From assembly GCA_000091205.1 (NCBI GenBank), contig AP006500.2: 64,000 nt of DNA; one strand, given 5' to 3'. Source of the DNA: Cyanidioschyzon merolae. Its lineage: Eukaryota. Positions 11,727-21,664 of the stretch are shown piece after piece; positions within the stretch are counted from its first letter, which is position 1; each line of letters begins with the position of its first letter. The notes under the pieces were generated by a model. That model was not told the DNA's origin. It was given only the letters and a program-made list of their open reading frames with translations, and made no database searches. The translations under genes were made by a program, and so were the position numbers.

Positions 11727-12692
11727 ATGGGGCGCTGCAGCTCGTGTCGGAACAAGACGATATACTTTTGCTATGTAAATCGAGAGTTTATTTGCTTGAA
11801 CTGCGTGTTCCAGCCGAGGTATGAACTTTCCGTTGTGCGCTCGTACAAGGAATGGATTCGAGACTCGAGCTACGAGCAGCCTCCACGTTGTCCGTTTACC
11901 GGAGCGCCTCTCCGACACGGTGAGGAGCTGGTTCGGCTACCACCCCCTGACCTACGTGTGGTTTCCGCCGCGGGACTCGCAGCTTATCTTCGTGGGCGTT
12001 TCGGCCCGGACACAACACCAGCAGGATTCCGTTCGAACGAGCTGCCTTTCGGGTTGGTGCCGGACCCGCAGGATGACTCTGCAGTGGCGCAGCGTTTGCG
12101 GAGGTTCCTCGCGTTGCTCGGCTATGATGCAGCTCTAGCCGTAGCAGAGCCGCTGGAAGACAAACGTTCGAGTCCCGGCACCGTCTCGGCAGAGGGAGGC
12201 ACGCAAGCCGCCAGCGAGGCAACGCTGTTGGAGCGGCGCCTCCCGAGCGAGCAACGCCCGGTGTCTCGCCCGCTGGAGGCCACCACAGAGGCCGTGAGTC
12301 GCACGGCGCCGCGAACGGGCTCCAACACAACGATCGTGGTGGAGTCTCACAAAACCTCCGAGCCCGACTCCACGACAGCGATCGCTCCGGCACGGAAGCA
12401 GAACGCTGCTGGTCGTACAGCGGATAATGACAGCAAGGAACGCAAAATACGACAACAGAAAATACGGCGGTTCCTCAACTTTTTAGGTCAGAGCGCTGAA
12501 GTGCTCCCTTTGCCACATCCACGACCTAATCGTCGAAACCGTCGTCTGACGGGGCTCGCGCTGTCCTTCGGCTTCGGCGTGGGTATTTTAGTGTTTCTCG
12601 CGTACGTGGTTCGTCATGGTCTATTCAATCCGCTGGCTTTATGGGAATATGTCGTCGAAAGACGTCAGGGCATGTTGAGCGTTGAGCGTTGA
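11727..12692 (+). CDS. ZFPL1: Zinc finger protein-like 1 (ZFPL1) homologue: N-terminal B-box/RING-like zinc fingers plus C-terminal transmembrane anchor (Golgi-type)
   Basis: MGRCSSCRNKTIYFCYVNREFICLNCVFQP...VVRSYKEWIRDSSYEQPPRCPFTGAPL aligns with the ZFPL1 N-terminus [29 protein letters not shown]...[24 protein letters not shown]. A C-terminal hydrophobic helix is present (LTGLALSFGFGVGILVFLAYVV). The six-frame ORF opens at 11604, but the conserved MG(R/L)C start is the internal Met at 11727. Confidence 0.65.
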   Translation: MGRCSSCRNKTIYFCYVNREFICLNCVFQPRYELSVVRSYKEWIRDSSYEQPPRCPFTGAPLRHGEELVRLPPPDLRVVSAAGLAAYLRGRFGPDTTPAGFRSNELPFGLVPDPQDDSAVAQRLRRFLALLGYDAALAVAEPLEDKRSSPGTVSAEGGTQAASEATLLERRLPSEQRPVSRPLEATTEAVSRTAPRTGSNTTIVVESHKTSEPDSTTAIAPARKQNAAGRTADNDSKERKIRQQKIRRFLNFLGQSAEVLPLPHPRPNRRNRRLTGLALSFGFGVGILVFLAYVVRHGLFNPLALWEYVVERRQGMLSVER

Positions 12693-14249
12693 AAGCGCTA
12701 CTCGAAACAGCGAATCATCCCAGCGAATGTGTACCTCATGGAACCGTGTGCGCGCTTTTCACGCAACTGCTCGCTGCTCGCTATGCTGCCCAGACTGCAC
12801 ATAGCGCGTTGCCTCGAGCAGTATGCCCATATTCGCTCGATATACGAATGGCGACCTGTTCAAGGGCGAAGCGCAAGCTCCCGGCGTACGCGCTCTTCGT
12901 CAAGTGCGTCACGGCGGTCTCGTATGTGCACACGCCAGCGTCAAGCTGCCCGGAGAGAGACTGCAGCGCCCTGCCGCCGTACCACAGTGGCCTCTGGGCG
13001 CCCTACTCGGGCGATAGCCATGATCGATATCAAAGCATAGCGGAAACCATGCGGTGTCGCTTGTGCTCGCGAGGCTCCAGGGAAGATTCGTATCAGTTCA
13101 TGAACAGCGGCATGTTTTTCTTGTCGCATGAGAGCACGATGCGCGAGTCACTTCATGCGCAGCGTACAGAGAAGCAGAACTGTGTTATCCGCAGTATACC
13201 GGAAGCAGGTCGTTGAGATGATGGCGATTCCCAACTTAAGCGTGGATGCTTTTTGTCTGCTTCATAGCATATTCCGATGAATCCGCATCTGCGTATCGAC
13301 CAAGGCGCGGAAGTTTGTGTGGCGTATGCTAAGCATGCTTTGGCGAGCGTATGCTTGTAGACGAGGCCCGAAGACATTGGACGCAAGCCCGCGGACGTCG
13401 CAGCTGATACGACGCGCTCTTATGGGAAATACTTGCAGGTATCATAGCGGTTGTAAAAAACCCCCAACGAGATGCCGCTGCCAATGGTCCAGACTGTTGT
13501 GTTGCGGTGGACGACACGAACGCGCGCTGCCTCCACCTGCACCCGAGTTCGGAACAGCACACAACCACAGCGTCTAGCTCTGGTTGCGCGTAACGGCCGA
13601 AGTAGCTAGCATCCTCTGCGCTTCTGGACGGACGGTTATTCTGGGATGAACCAGTTGCGCGAGAGGATTATCGCCGCTCAGAAACAGATGCTCGCACTGT
13701 AGCGCGAGTGCTGCACCTTCCGAAAAAGCGCTTGGGCCGCACTTGCCTTAAGTGGCGGTTTCCAGTGGTGCTGGGCGCCATCGAACCCTTTGGATTGTGA
13801 GCGGGAAGAGCGGCAACCATGCAGTGACTGGCAAAGTGCACGCTGCACAACAAACCGAGCCAGACACGGAGAGCGCAGCTCATGACCTGTGCTGCAGCAG
13901 TGACCCTGCCTCGCTCACAGAGCCCAACTCGTGTCCATTGGTGAGTTCTAACAGCGACCTGCCGTCAACTATGTGTTCTACAGGTGCCTGAGACACGCGC
14001 TTCAGGTCTCCGGTCAGCGCTATGCGGGTATGGCCGGTTAGTCACCGGGTACGAGCGGACTGCAACTGACCACCGTGTTGACTGCTCAACGCGAAACAGC
14101 TCTTGCGCCGGAAAGCGCTCTCTATGAACGCTTCGACCAGGTGGTATGTTCACCCTTCAGACAAGTGACGAGTTGTATGCGTATACCAGCGACTGGCCCG
14201 GAGCGTCTGGGGCCGCGGCAACCACTACCCTAGCGAGCACCGGTACCTC

Positions 14250-15335
14250 ATGGGGCGCGCGCTCCTGAACCAGGTACCAATGGAAGCGTTCTTTATCTTC
14301 CCAGAGGAGGTCCCAGAGACTGCGGGCAACATGCTCACACCATCCAGAACGACAGAGACTGCAGAGGAAGGGTCCCGGACACTGTTTACGGTGGATAGAA
14401 ACGCAGGAAACACTGGCTCAGAGCTGCCCCTACCCGCGCTATCCGACGTGCTCACGGCGACCTCGCTGCAAGTAGATCACTCGCTGGAGAACATCGATGA
14501 AGAGATAGGATGCGGAGGAATCCCTGAAGCAAGCGCAGTAGGCCATGGCATTTCAGTCGATATAGATGCACTGGACCTCTACCTGGATATGCGGGACGGC
14601 ACGCAAACCACAGCGTCAGAGCGTCGCGCTCAGGTCGATAACGCGGAAGATTCAATAGCATCGGTAAGAGAAGTCTCGATAGATCAGCCCGAGCATTCAA
14701 GAGCCCGTTTGCTATCATGGTGTCGGAGGACGGCCCTACTAGCTCGAAACTTGGCGCTGGAATATGACGGCCCGTACAAGGATCTCGTGCGTCTGCAGGC
14801 TCACTGCTTAGCGAATCAAGTTGAGCAGCTATGGGCCGAATCGCCGTGCCGGCACGAAGCGAGAGCACCTGTCGCAACGAGACACTCAGTGAGTGCGTCG
14901 GCTTCACTGGCAACTGCTAGCGCAGCTGAACCCCGCGATACACTGTATCGATTACCGACGAATGTTGTCCAGGGTGCCTGTGATGCGTCCGCATCCGATT
15001 CGAACACTTGCTCGAAACAAGGAACTGCGGCACGATGCAAGCGGAAACGGCGGAGCTTCGGCGGGATTCACGGATATCAAGCGCGAGCAACGAAGCACCG
15101 AACACGAGCGTCTACGAACGAGTATGCCAGCCGCATTCTGAAGCAGTGGCTCCTCGATCACTTTCTAAACCCGTACCCCGGTGATGAGGAGAAGCATCAG
15201 CTCATGAGGCGAACTGGTCTCACGTACAATCAACTCAACAACTGGTTTATTAACGCTCGCGTCCGTCTTTGGAAGCCGCTGGTTGACGCCTTGGCGTGCA
15301 AACGGCAACGGCAGCAGGAGCAGCCGGGTACTTGA
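14250..15335 (+). CDS. TALE-class homeodomain transcription factor (KNOX/BELL/MEIS-like)
   Basis: 361-aa ORF. The C-terminal homeodomain carries the three-amino-acid loop extension and the diagnostic helix-3 motif: [52 protein letters not shown]. Homeodomain is at about nt 15117..15300. Confidence 0.7.
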   Translation: MGRALLNQVPMEAFFIFPEEVPETAGNMLTPSRTTETAEEGSRTLFTVDRNAGNTGSELPLPALSDVLTATSLQVDHSLENIDEEIGCGGIPEASAVGHGISVDIDALDLYLDMRDGTQTTASERRAQVDNAEDSIASVREVSIDQPEHSRARLLSWCRRTALLARNLALEYDGPYKDLVRLQAHCLANQVEQLWAESPCRHEARAPVATRHSVSASASLATASAAEPRDTLYRLPTNVVQGACDASASDSNTCSKQGTAARCKRKRRSFGGIHGYQARATKHRTRASTNEYASRILKQWLLDHFLNPYPGDEEKHQLMRRTGLTYNQLNNWFINARVRLWKPLVDALACKRQRQQEQPGT

Positions 15336-18300
15336 CGTTCATTCGTGTCGGCAGCTCGGCAGCACGAGCGCTAGTCAGAACGGCGCTTGCACCCAGAAAC
15401 GCGCTTGAACGACAGAAATATTTGTTAAGCGAGCAATGGGGTCTCGCTTGCCAAACCAGCCGGAGCAATGTTCGGTTGTTGGCGAACTCTACACCCGTGT
15501 CAGAGTAAAATGGGACACTGAACCGCTCGCTCTCTTCATTCCCATGGATTTTCTTACGACAGATCTTAGATGTCCAGCATCGACGTGAGCAGTGCGGCAG
15601 TACGAGATGATGGACTCATGCGTACTTTAAGGATGCTTGGACGTCTTTTCGGAGCGACTTGCCCGAGTGTATGTCGCAGGGATTCGGTACGGCATTGTCG
15701 TACTGATGGTCCTCGCCACCCTCGAACGAGGGTTCGTAATCTAACCGATACCGTTGTTCAATGCATAGGTACAGGCCTCCGCTGCCTCAAGTTTCTAGCG
15801 TGAAACATGTTCAAATCACGCATTCTTCAAGGTTTCGATCTTTGTGTTTCAAGTCGTGGATACAGTAAATCCGCCTTCGGATTCACGACGAACAAAAGCT
15901 CCATGTCGCGCCTCAACGACTTGTTCACAGGCGCGTACCCAAAGTCCACTGGACTTGGAACCTCAAATAATAACCGATTCCAGTCGATAGACAAATCATC
16001 GTTTCTTGCTGACGATTCGCGAAACCGGATTCCACAGTAGCAGGACGCTTCTCGACAGATTTGTTTCCAGTGGCTCCAGTTTCTTCTGTTTGCACGGGAA
16101 AGGGCCTTAAATTCAGAACTGAGTCATCACAGCGATCGATTCCAGCTGAGCATACGTCACCTCTTTGCAACAAAACAGCGTAGACCGATCGACATTTCTC
16201 GACTTGTTCTTCAACCTGGATTTTCCTTCCGGTACTTTTTTTCATCTCGGATAACATTGCATTCCGCAAATCCTCGATCGAATGCGACGCAGTGCGCTAG
16301 CGTATGCAGCGGACAGTGTACTCGCCCAGGGCATGTATCCGAACTGGCGCGTGTGAACGTCGGGCACGGCACCGGGCGCGGAAACGGTGGCCTGCATCGA
16401 GGCGCGCCTTGTGTTCGCGTCAAGCTCATGTACCGAACGATAAAGCAAGCGCTCACGCTCCACAGAACGGATACCAGAGGCGGAGGAGAACCTGTGATGG
16501 GCGTGCCAGAGAACATCACCCCAGCTCAATATCACCGCCGCAATGGGTGCACCGCGGCTTCATACGAAAGAAGATGAACATGGCAAGCGAGACGTAGATT
16601 GCAAGTTTCGTCGATACATGGAATTCGTCAACAGCAGCCGGAATCAACGACATCGGGACATGAACGCTGCCAGCAACAGCCTTTAAATACTAACAACACG
16701 GTACACGATAGAACCTATGCAGCAACCAGTATATCCCAGAGCACGTATGGAGTTTGGGGCTTGGAAGCAGGGCGCGGAATCATGTATGCTTCACCGCGCG
16801 CTGATATCGAGCGCACTGTCGGGGAACGCTAGCGTGCTTCAACGTTTTTGTCACAGAAACAAGAATGCTGACAACGGGACTGGAGGGAAACGATAGACCG
16901 GCGTATTCAAATCCGGAGAAAACGTGTTGAAAAGGAAGCATTCGCAGAGAACGCCCTCCTAGACGAGAACTGATGACACTGGGAACAGATCCAGACTTTA
17001 GCATGTACGCTTTCGTCAGCAAAAGTGGACCCCTTCCATTTTATTCTTATATAGATGTAGGCCCGGGCTGCGCGGAACACGCGCACCCCCGCCCGGGTTT
17101 CGAACCTGCATCGTGCATGTGCGACGAGGAACCTTGTACCATTTCCGCCATCCAAGGGCGAGGTTTAAAACACACAACAGGTACGCAGTGCTGCAAACGC
17201 TGTTCTCGGAAGCATCGCTCGGGCAACAGCGTTCCCACATGGAGAGCGGGAACGTCCCTCCGCCACCTCCTTGGGAACAGTGCCTTTCGCAGTGCGCTGC
17301 TTTGAAACACCACAGGGACGGATACGGCTTGCCGCAAATCACTCCAGTTTGAACCGCACTCGGATTCGGGTTCCACGCAGGTACGCGGACCCTCCGTCGA
17401 AACCCCAATGAGCGTACGCAATGCAGCGCTGTGGCGTTCTCCCGCAGCACCCCAACATGACCAGCACTGCCAGACAGTCCCAACTTGCGGCCACAAGCGT
17501 TGCAGGTACCCGTATTGTCGCGACGCGTTTCGACCGGATAGCCTCCCTGGATATGATGCTTTCGAACAAAAGCACTCAATTCCGATGCGCCGCAGTTAGC
17601 ACAGCCCCGCGAACGGATGCTCGCAGCAGCACATATGCGGCGGCCTTGGGCCCAATACCACGGGGTATGTCTGGGCGATTCCACTGCCGGACACTGTACT
17701 GGCTCGTTGTGCATTGGACAAATGCGAACCGACGCAACGAAGCGCACTTGCTTGCGACATGGAATGCGTACCACTGAATGGCGGCAACTGGTGCGACCCG
17801 TCGCTGCACTTACATGTTCGCCTCCAGGAATATTCTCTGCAGAATTGTTTGAGGCGGACAGACGCGTATGCACCTGCAGTAGCGAAGATGAGCCAGACAA
17901 GTGCCGATCCATGGTTCGTACCAGCGACTTGGATGATGTTTTTGCGGCTTTCCACGCTCGAACACGGGAGATGCGCTCTCATCTCGACGGCACAGTGCTG
18001 GTTGGTAGCCACGGATGCTGTACCACGAGCCAGGTCCGCCTGATTCTCCAGCTACATAGAGACTGCGCTGACCGCTCCGCACAAAACTTTCTTCGGCAAG
18101 TGCGAGTCGCGAAGCTCAGCTCCATGGCGCTTATCTAACGCGATTTGCAGGAACATGACGCGGAACGGAAACTGTTCGTAGTATACAGAATGGCGCGAAC
18201 ACGCTGCGCTCAGCGCCAGCGTGTCGAATGCCAAACCGGAAGCGGCATCTGGCAACGCACGCTGAACACAAGTGCAACCAGAACAGGGTTCTTCACTAAT

Positions 18301-18493
18301 GCGGGAATTCTCTCACATATACACACATCGCCCAGAGGACACGCTTTCGAGAGTGACACGGCGCGTGGACGCGTCGACGTGTCGGTCGCGTGGCGGTAGC
18401 ACAGGCCTCTGCTGGGCAGCCAAACTGCGCGCGTGTGCTCGAGTACACACGTTCTCCCTCTGCAAGTCGACCTTATGTTCCTTCGTTCATGAA

Positions 18494-19219
18494 CTAGGCA
18501 GCTTTCTCGAAACGACCGTACTGCATTTCATAGACTTGATCGTACGCTCCAAGGCGGATGCGAACTGGGCCTGCATCTGCTTTCGGTGTTGAAGAACACG
18601 TCAGAATGAACCCCTCTTTCCGAATGTTCGCATCCAGCGCTGCGAACGGGTCCTCCACGTCCCCTGAGAGAAGCCAGGCAGCGCACGTAGTGCAGACGCC
18701 AGCTCTGCACGAGCTTGGAACCTCTGTCCATAAACCGCTTGCCTCAACCGCTTCCAGGATACTCTGTCCAGGTTGACAACGAACCACCTCCGTTCGGTCC
18801 TGGTACTCTACGGTGATTTCGATCGCTCCGTCCGCTCCCGCTTTCTCGTTCAGACTCGCAGTTGCGCGCAGTTTGCGTAGCGCTGCACGCCGCACGCCCA
18901 GCTGCTTGTGTGCCCAGCACGCCGGTCTCCGCGGCAAGGCTCGGACGGTTTCCCAGCGAGTTGCAAACATTCCAGTCAGTTGCTTCCAGCTGCGATGCGA
19001 GCTCGTCGTTTGTCCTACTAACCAAGGTTGGCACCCAGCCACAAACATTGGACGTGTTTGACTCATGGTGGCTCGTATACATACACTCGCCTGTGAGGAG
19101 CAGCGCAGTCGCCGTGCGCCGCATGCGCACCCCGTAGGTTGGCGCATGCGCTCACTCTGTCCATCAAGGAATCCATGAATCATTCCTCTATTCGACGACT
19201 CGATCCGTGAATCGTTCAT
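18494..19219 (-). CDS. Plant-type [2Fe-2S] ferredoxin with N-terminal targeting extension and C-terminal extension (FdC-like), probably plastid-targeted
   Basis: Cys ligand pattern SCRAGVCTTCA...(29 aa)...ILTC matches plant-type Fd (CRAGSCSSCAGK...LTC). The ORF is 241 aa and the mature domain starts near ...EKAGADGAIEITVEYQD. The upstream segment MFATRWETVRALPRRPACWAHKQLGVRRAALRKLRATASL is Arg/Ala/Ser-rich and lacks acidic residues, like a transit peptide. The true start Met is uncertain. Confidence 0.75.
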   Translation of the reverse strand: MNDSRIESSNRGMIHGFLDGQSERMRQPTGCACGARRLRCSSQASVCIRATMSQTRPMFVAGCQPWLVGQTTSSHRSWKQLTGMFATRWETVRALPRRPACWAHKQLGVRRAALRKLRATASLNEKAGADGAIEITVEYQDRTEVVRCQPGQSILEAVEASGLWTEVPSSCRAGVCTTCAAWLLSGDVEDPFAALDANIRKEGFILTCSSTPKADAGPVRIRLGAYDQVYEMQYGRFEKAA

Positions 19220-19420
19220 TCATAGGATCAATATGTCCATGATTCAGTCATTCTTTTATTCTGCGCTGCATACGGCATCAGCACAAGCGAAGCGCGGCGC
19301 TCAGCGCCGCCTTCCAGCAGCGCGTGCGTCGTCGAAGCGCAGCGCACCGAACGGTGTTGTTGTAACGATACCGCCGCTTCACGGACGGCAACGCAACACC
19401 GTGCTGTGACGACGTGAGCG

Positions 19421-19651
19421 ATGCCAGCAAAGCCAAACATCCGTCTCAGAGGTCAGATCGAGTACTTTGTTTCTCCGTATGAGCAGCGAATTTTTGCGGA
19501 CTGGTTCGATCCCAAGTTGGTTCTAACAAAGCTCCAACGGAAAGTCAGCGAGAATGCGAAAGACGTTTTACCCGCCTTCTTTGTGCTCGTTGGCACAATA
19601 TATTTGGGAGACAAACTCCACGAAGAAGAGGCCAAACGGCACCGCTTTTAA
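19421..19651 (+). CDS. QCR8: Cytochrome b-c1 complex subunit 8 (QCR8/UQCRQ, ubiquinone-binding protein QP-C), small single-TM mitochondrial protein
   Basis: 76-aa ORF. IEYFVSPYEQRIFADWF...LPAFFVLVGTIYLGDKLHEEEAKRH parallels human UQCRQ ISYSLSPFEQRAYPHVF...[24 protein letters not shown]. It sits in the intergenic space between the ferredoxin and L12 genes. Confidence 0.55.
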   Translation: MPAKPNIRLRGQIEYFVSPYEQRIFADWFDPKLVLTKLQRKVSENAKDVLPAFFVLVGTIYLGDKLHEEEAKRHRF

Positions 19652-19816
19652 AGAGGAAACTCGAGGGACTATGTCTTCGAGTGTGTGCAAGCGCTGGTCG
19701 CGTTCATCTCGGGGTGCGCAGGGAGCAGTCGCTGCTCGCTTTTTATGTTCACGGTGACCCCGGGGCGCACCGCGCAGAGTGGCGTCGTTTCCGCCGATTG
19801 CAAACCCAGCGCGTGC

Positions 19817-20470
19817 TTATTTTAGAGCGAGGGTAGCGCCGAACTGTTTCAAACGGTCAACGAGAGCCTCGGCCTCGTTTTTGGGCACGGCACTTTTGAT
19901 GACCTTGGGTGCAGCCTCAACGAGTTCTTTGGCCTCTTTCAGGCCGAGTCCTAAAGCAGAGCGAACTTCTTTAATAACCTGAATCTTTTTCGCCGCATCA
20001 TATTTTTCCAAGACGACGTCGAACTCGGACTTTTCTTCCGTCTTCTCTGCAGAACCAGTAGCAGCTGCCTGTGCACCAGCAGCGGCGTTGCCTGCAGTGA
20101 ACATAGCCTGCTGCATCGCGGCCAGTGCTGCTGGTGTCAGGGCACCGCCTCCGAGGGCTGGAGTGCCCTCGATCCCCAAACGCGATCGAAGCACATCGCT
20201 TAACTGCTTGGCTTGCAGTAGGTTCAGAGATAAGATTTCGTCTGCCAGACGCCCGACCCGCTCGTCGACAGGATCGTGGCGCGCGTCTCCGCTTTCGGTG
20301 ACATTCGGCTGCGTCTTGACGTGAGGAGCAGCCTGCGCAGAGACAGTGCTCCATCGTCTGCCGTCGTGTCGCCAGGAGAGACACAGCTGTGTCGACCGTC
20401 GCCCGCAGAAGAGCGTCGGTGCGAGGTACCGCACACACTGGGCAGCCTTTGCCAAGCGTGTGCCAGGCAT
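19817..20470 (-). CDS. Organellar (bacterial-type) ribosomal protein L7/L12 with N-terminal presequence
   Basis: 217-aa ORF. N-terminal dimerisation segment [29 protein letters not shown]. Canonical L7/L12 C-terminal domain [72 protein letters not shown]. Arg-rich N-terminal extension of about 45 aa. Confidence 0.8.
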   Translation of the reverse strand: MPGTRLAKAAQCVRYLAPTLFCGRRSTQLCLSWRHDGRRWSTVSAQAAPHVKTQPNVTESGDARHDPVDERVGRLADEILSLNLLQAKQLSDVLRSRLGIEGTPALGGGALTPAALAAMQQAMFTAGNAAAGAQAAATGSAEKTEEKSEFDVVLEKYDAAKKIQVIKEVRSALGLGLKEAKELVEAAPKVIKSAVPKNEAEALVDRLKQFGATLALK

Positions 20471-21359
20471 CGCTGTACGAAAGCCTACGGTGTGCTGCTC
20501 TTAGCCAGAAGCGGAAGCGGCGTGTGGAAAATGCAGGCGCGGCGCCCTGGAAAGGCGCTTTGGTCATTCGCGCGACGCCCGGTGATTTCTATGAAAACGA
20601 GGGCTGCAATTGTTGCAGGCGGCGTGGATCGCGCTGCCCAGTAGCATCGCCGGTAGAATAGTAAACGAGAATCTCTGGATGTTCATCGAGATCGAGACAT
20701 TACTCAGAAGCGAGTCTTCATCGTTTCAAGTGCGCTAATCTCGATCAGATGATTCGCCAGCGTCATTCGGCAGTCGGTGCAGCAGACAAGGGGTGCAGTT
20801 TCCAACGAAATCGTTGAACACTGCGTCTGCGACACGGTCAGGCGTGCTGTCCCCACTGGCTGTCTTCTTGAAGATGCTCGCGAATATGCCCTGCTGACAG
20901 ACACCAGCGATGCTTGTGAGCACAACCCCGCCAGCTGACCAAACATTGGCGAGCAAGTGGGCGCGCTCCCGACGAATCCTATTCGCGTGGATCGGCGAAG
21001 CGTCAGTCTTTTGAAAACGCTCCCGAAAGCAGCGTCATTTGGCGAGCATCCGCCCATCCACTGGGATGAGGCCCCTCATTATGAACGTCATTCTCCCCGA
21101 TGATCATCGTCTGTACGGCACGCACAAACGACACCTTTTGCGGACCTGATCCCGTGGTCGTCGAGAACAAGATACGATGGAGACCTGATCCCCTGGCGAG
21201 TGGACCAAGCGCAGGTAATGCGGCACGACAGGTGCCAATACTCGGGTGTTTGACGCTGGCCTGGTGATGCAGGATCTCGTCCACGAGAACACTGGACGCC
21301 TGTCGATTGCACGCCGGGTCCCGGGGTTACGCACCGAAGGCATGACGACTCCGTTTGCG

Positions 21360-21502
21360 CCACAAAGTCGCTAAAGTTACATTAAATTCATATTTAGTAT
21401 AGATATGTACAGGCGATGCGCGACTCGAATGGCAACCTTCGCTCCACCATAAAGTCGCTAGAGTTCCATTCAATGCCAGTTTATTCCATATATGTTCGTA
21501 CT
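21360..21502. repeat. AT-rich imperfect direct repeat (about 50 bp x2) in the divergent L12 / TGD3 promoter region
   Basis: caaagtcgctaaagttacattaaattcatatttagtatagatatgtac at 21363..21410 and cataaagtcgctagagttccattcaatgccagtttattccatatatgttcgtac at 21448..21501. They share the ...aaagtcgcta[a/g]agtt.cattaaa/caatgc...tat.tatgt.c.tac framework. Confidence 0.6.
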
Positions 21503-21664
21503 GCAAATCGTCAGGCAAGCGTGCCCAGAATCGCCACAGGGTGCTATCAACCAGCATTGGCTTGCGAGCCGGTTACCGTCGATAGCACGTCTGCCTGTGT
21601 GTGAAAACGACTGACCAGGAGCGGGTACCGTGTTGGCTGCCAGTTCCCGTACCTCTATGGGGTT

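Noticed and set aside
12689-13216. ORF with KRKLPAYALFV resembling the N-terminal strand of an HMG box
   Set aside because: The similarity does not extend beyond 10 residues. The rest of the HMG fold (helix 2/3 aromatic residues) is absent.
17055-17125. Possible tRNA suggested by a gggtttcgaacc (T-loop-like) string
   Set aside because: Neither strand can be folded into a cloverleaf with acceptor-stem complementarity. The motif is part of a GC hairpin instead.
17016-17912. 298-aa Cys-rich minus-strand ORF, considered as a possible zinc-finger gene
   Set aside because: The cysteine spacing fits no finger class I know. The composition (Arg/Gly/Ser/Cys) resembles out-of-frame GC-rich sequence. 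It is mentioned only as part of the unexplained 15.3-18.5 kb region.
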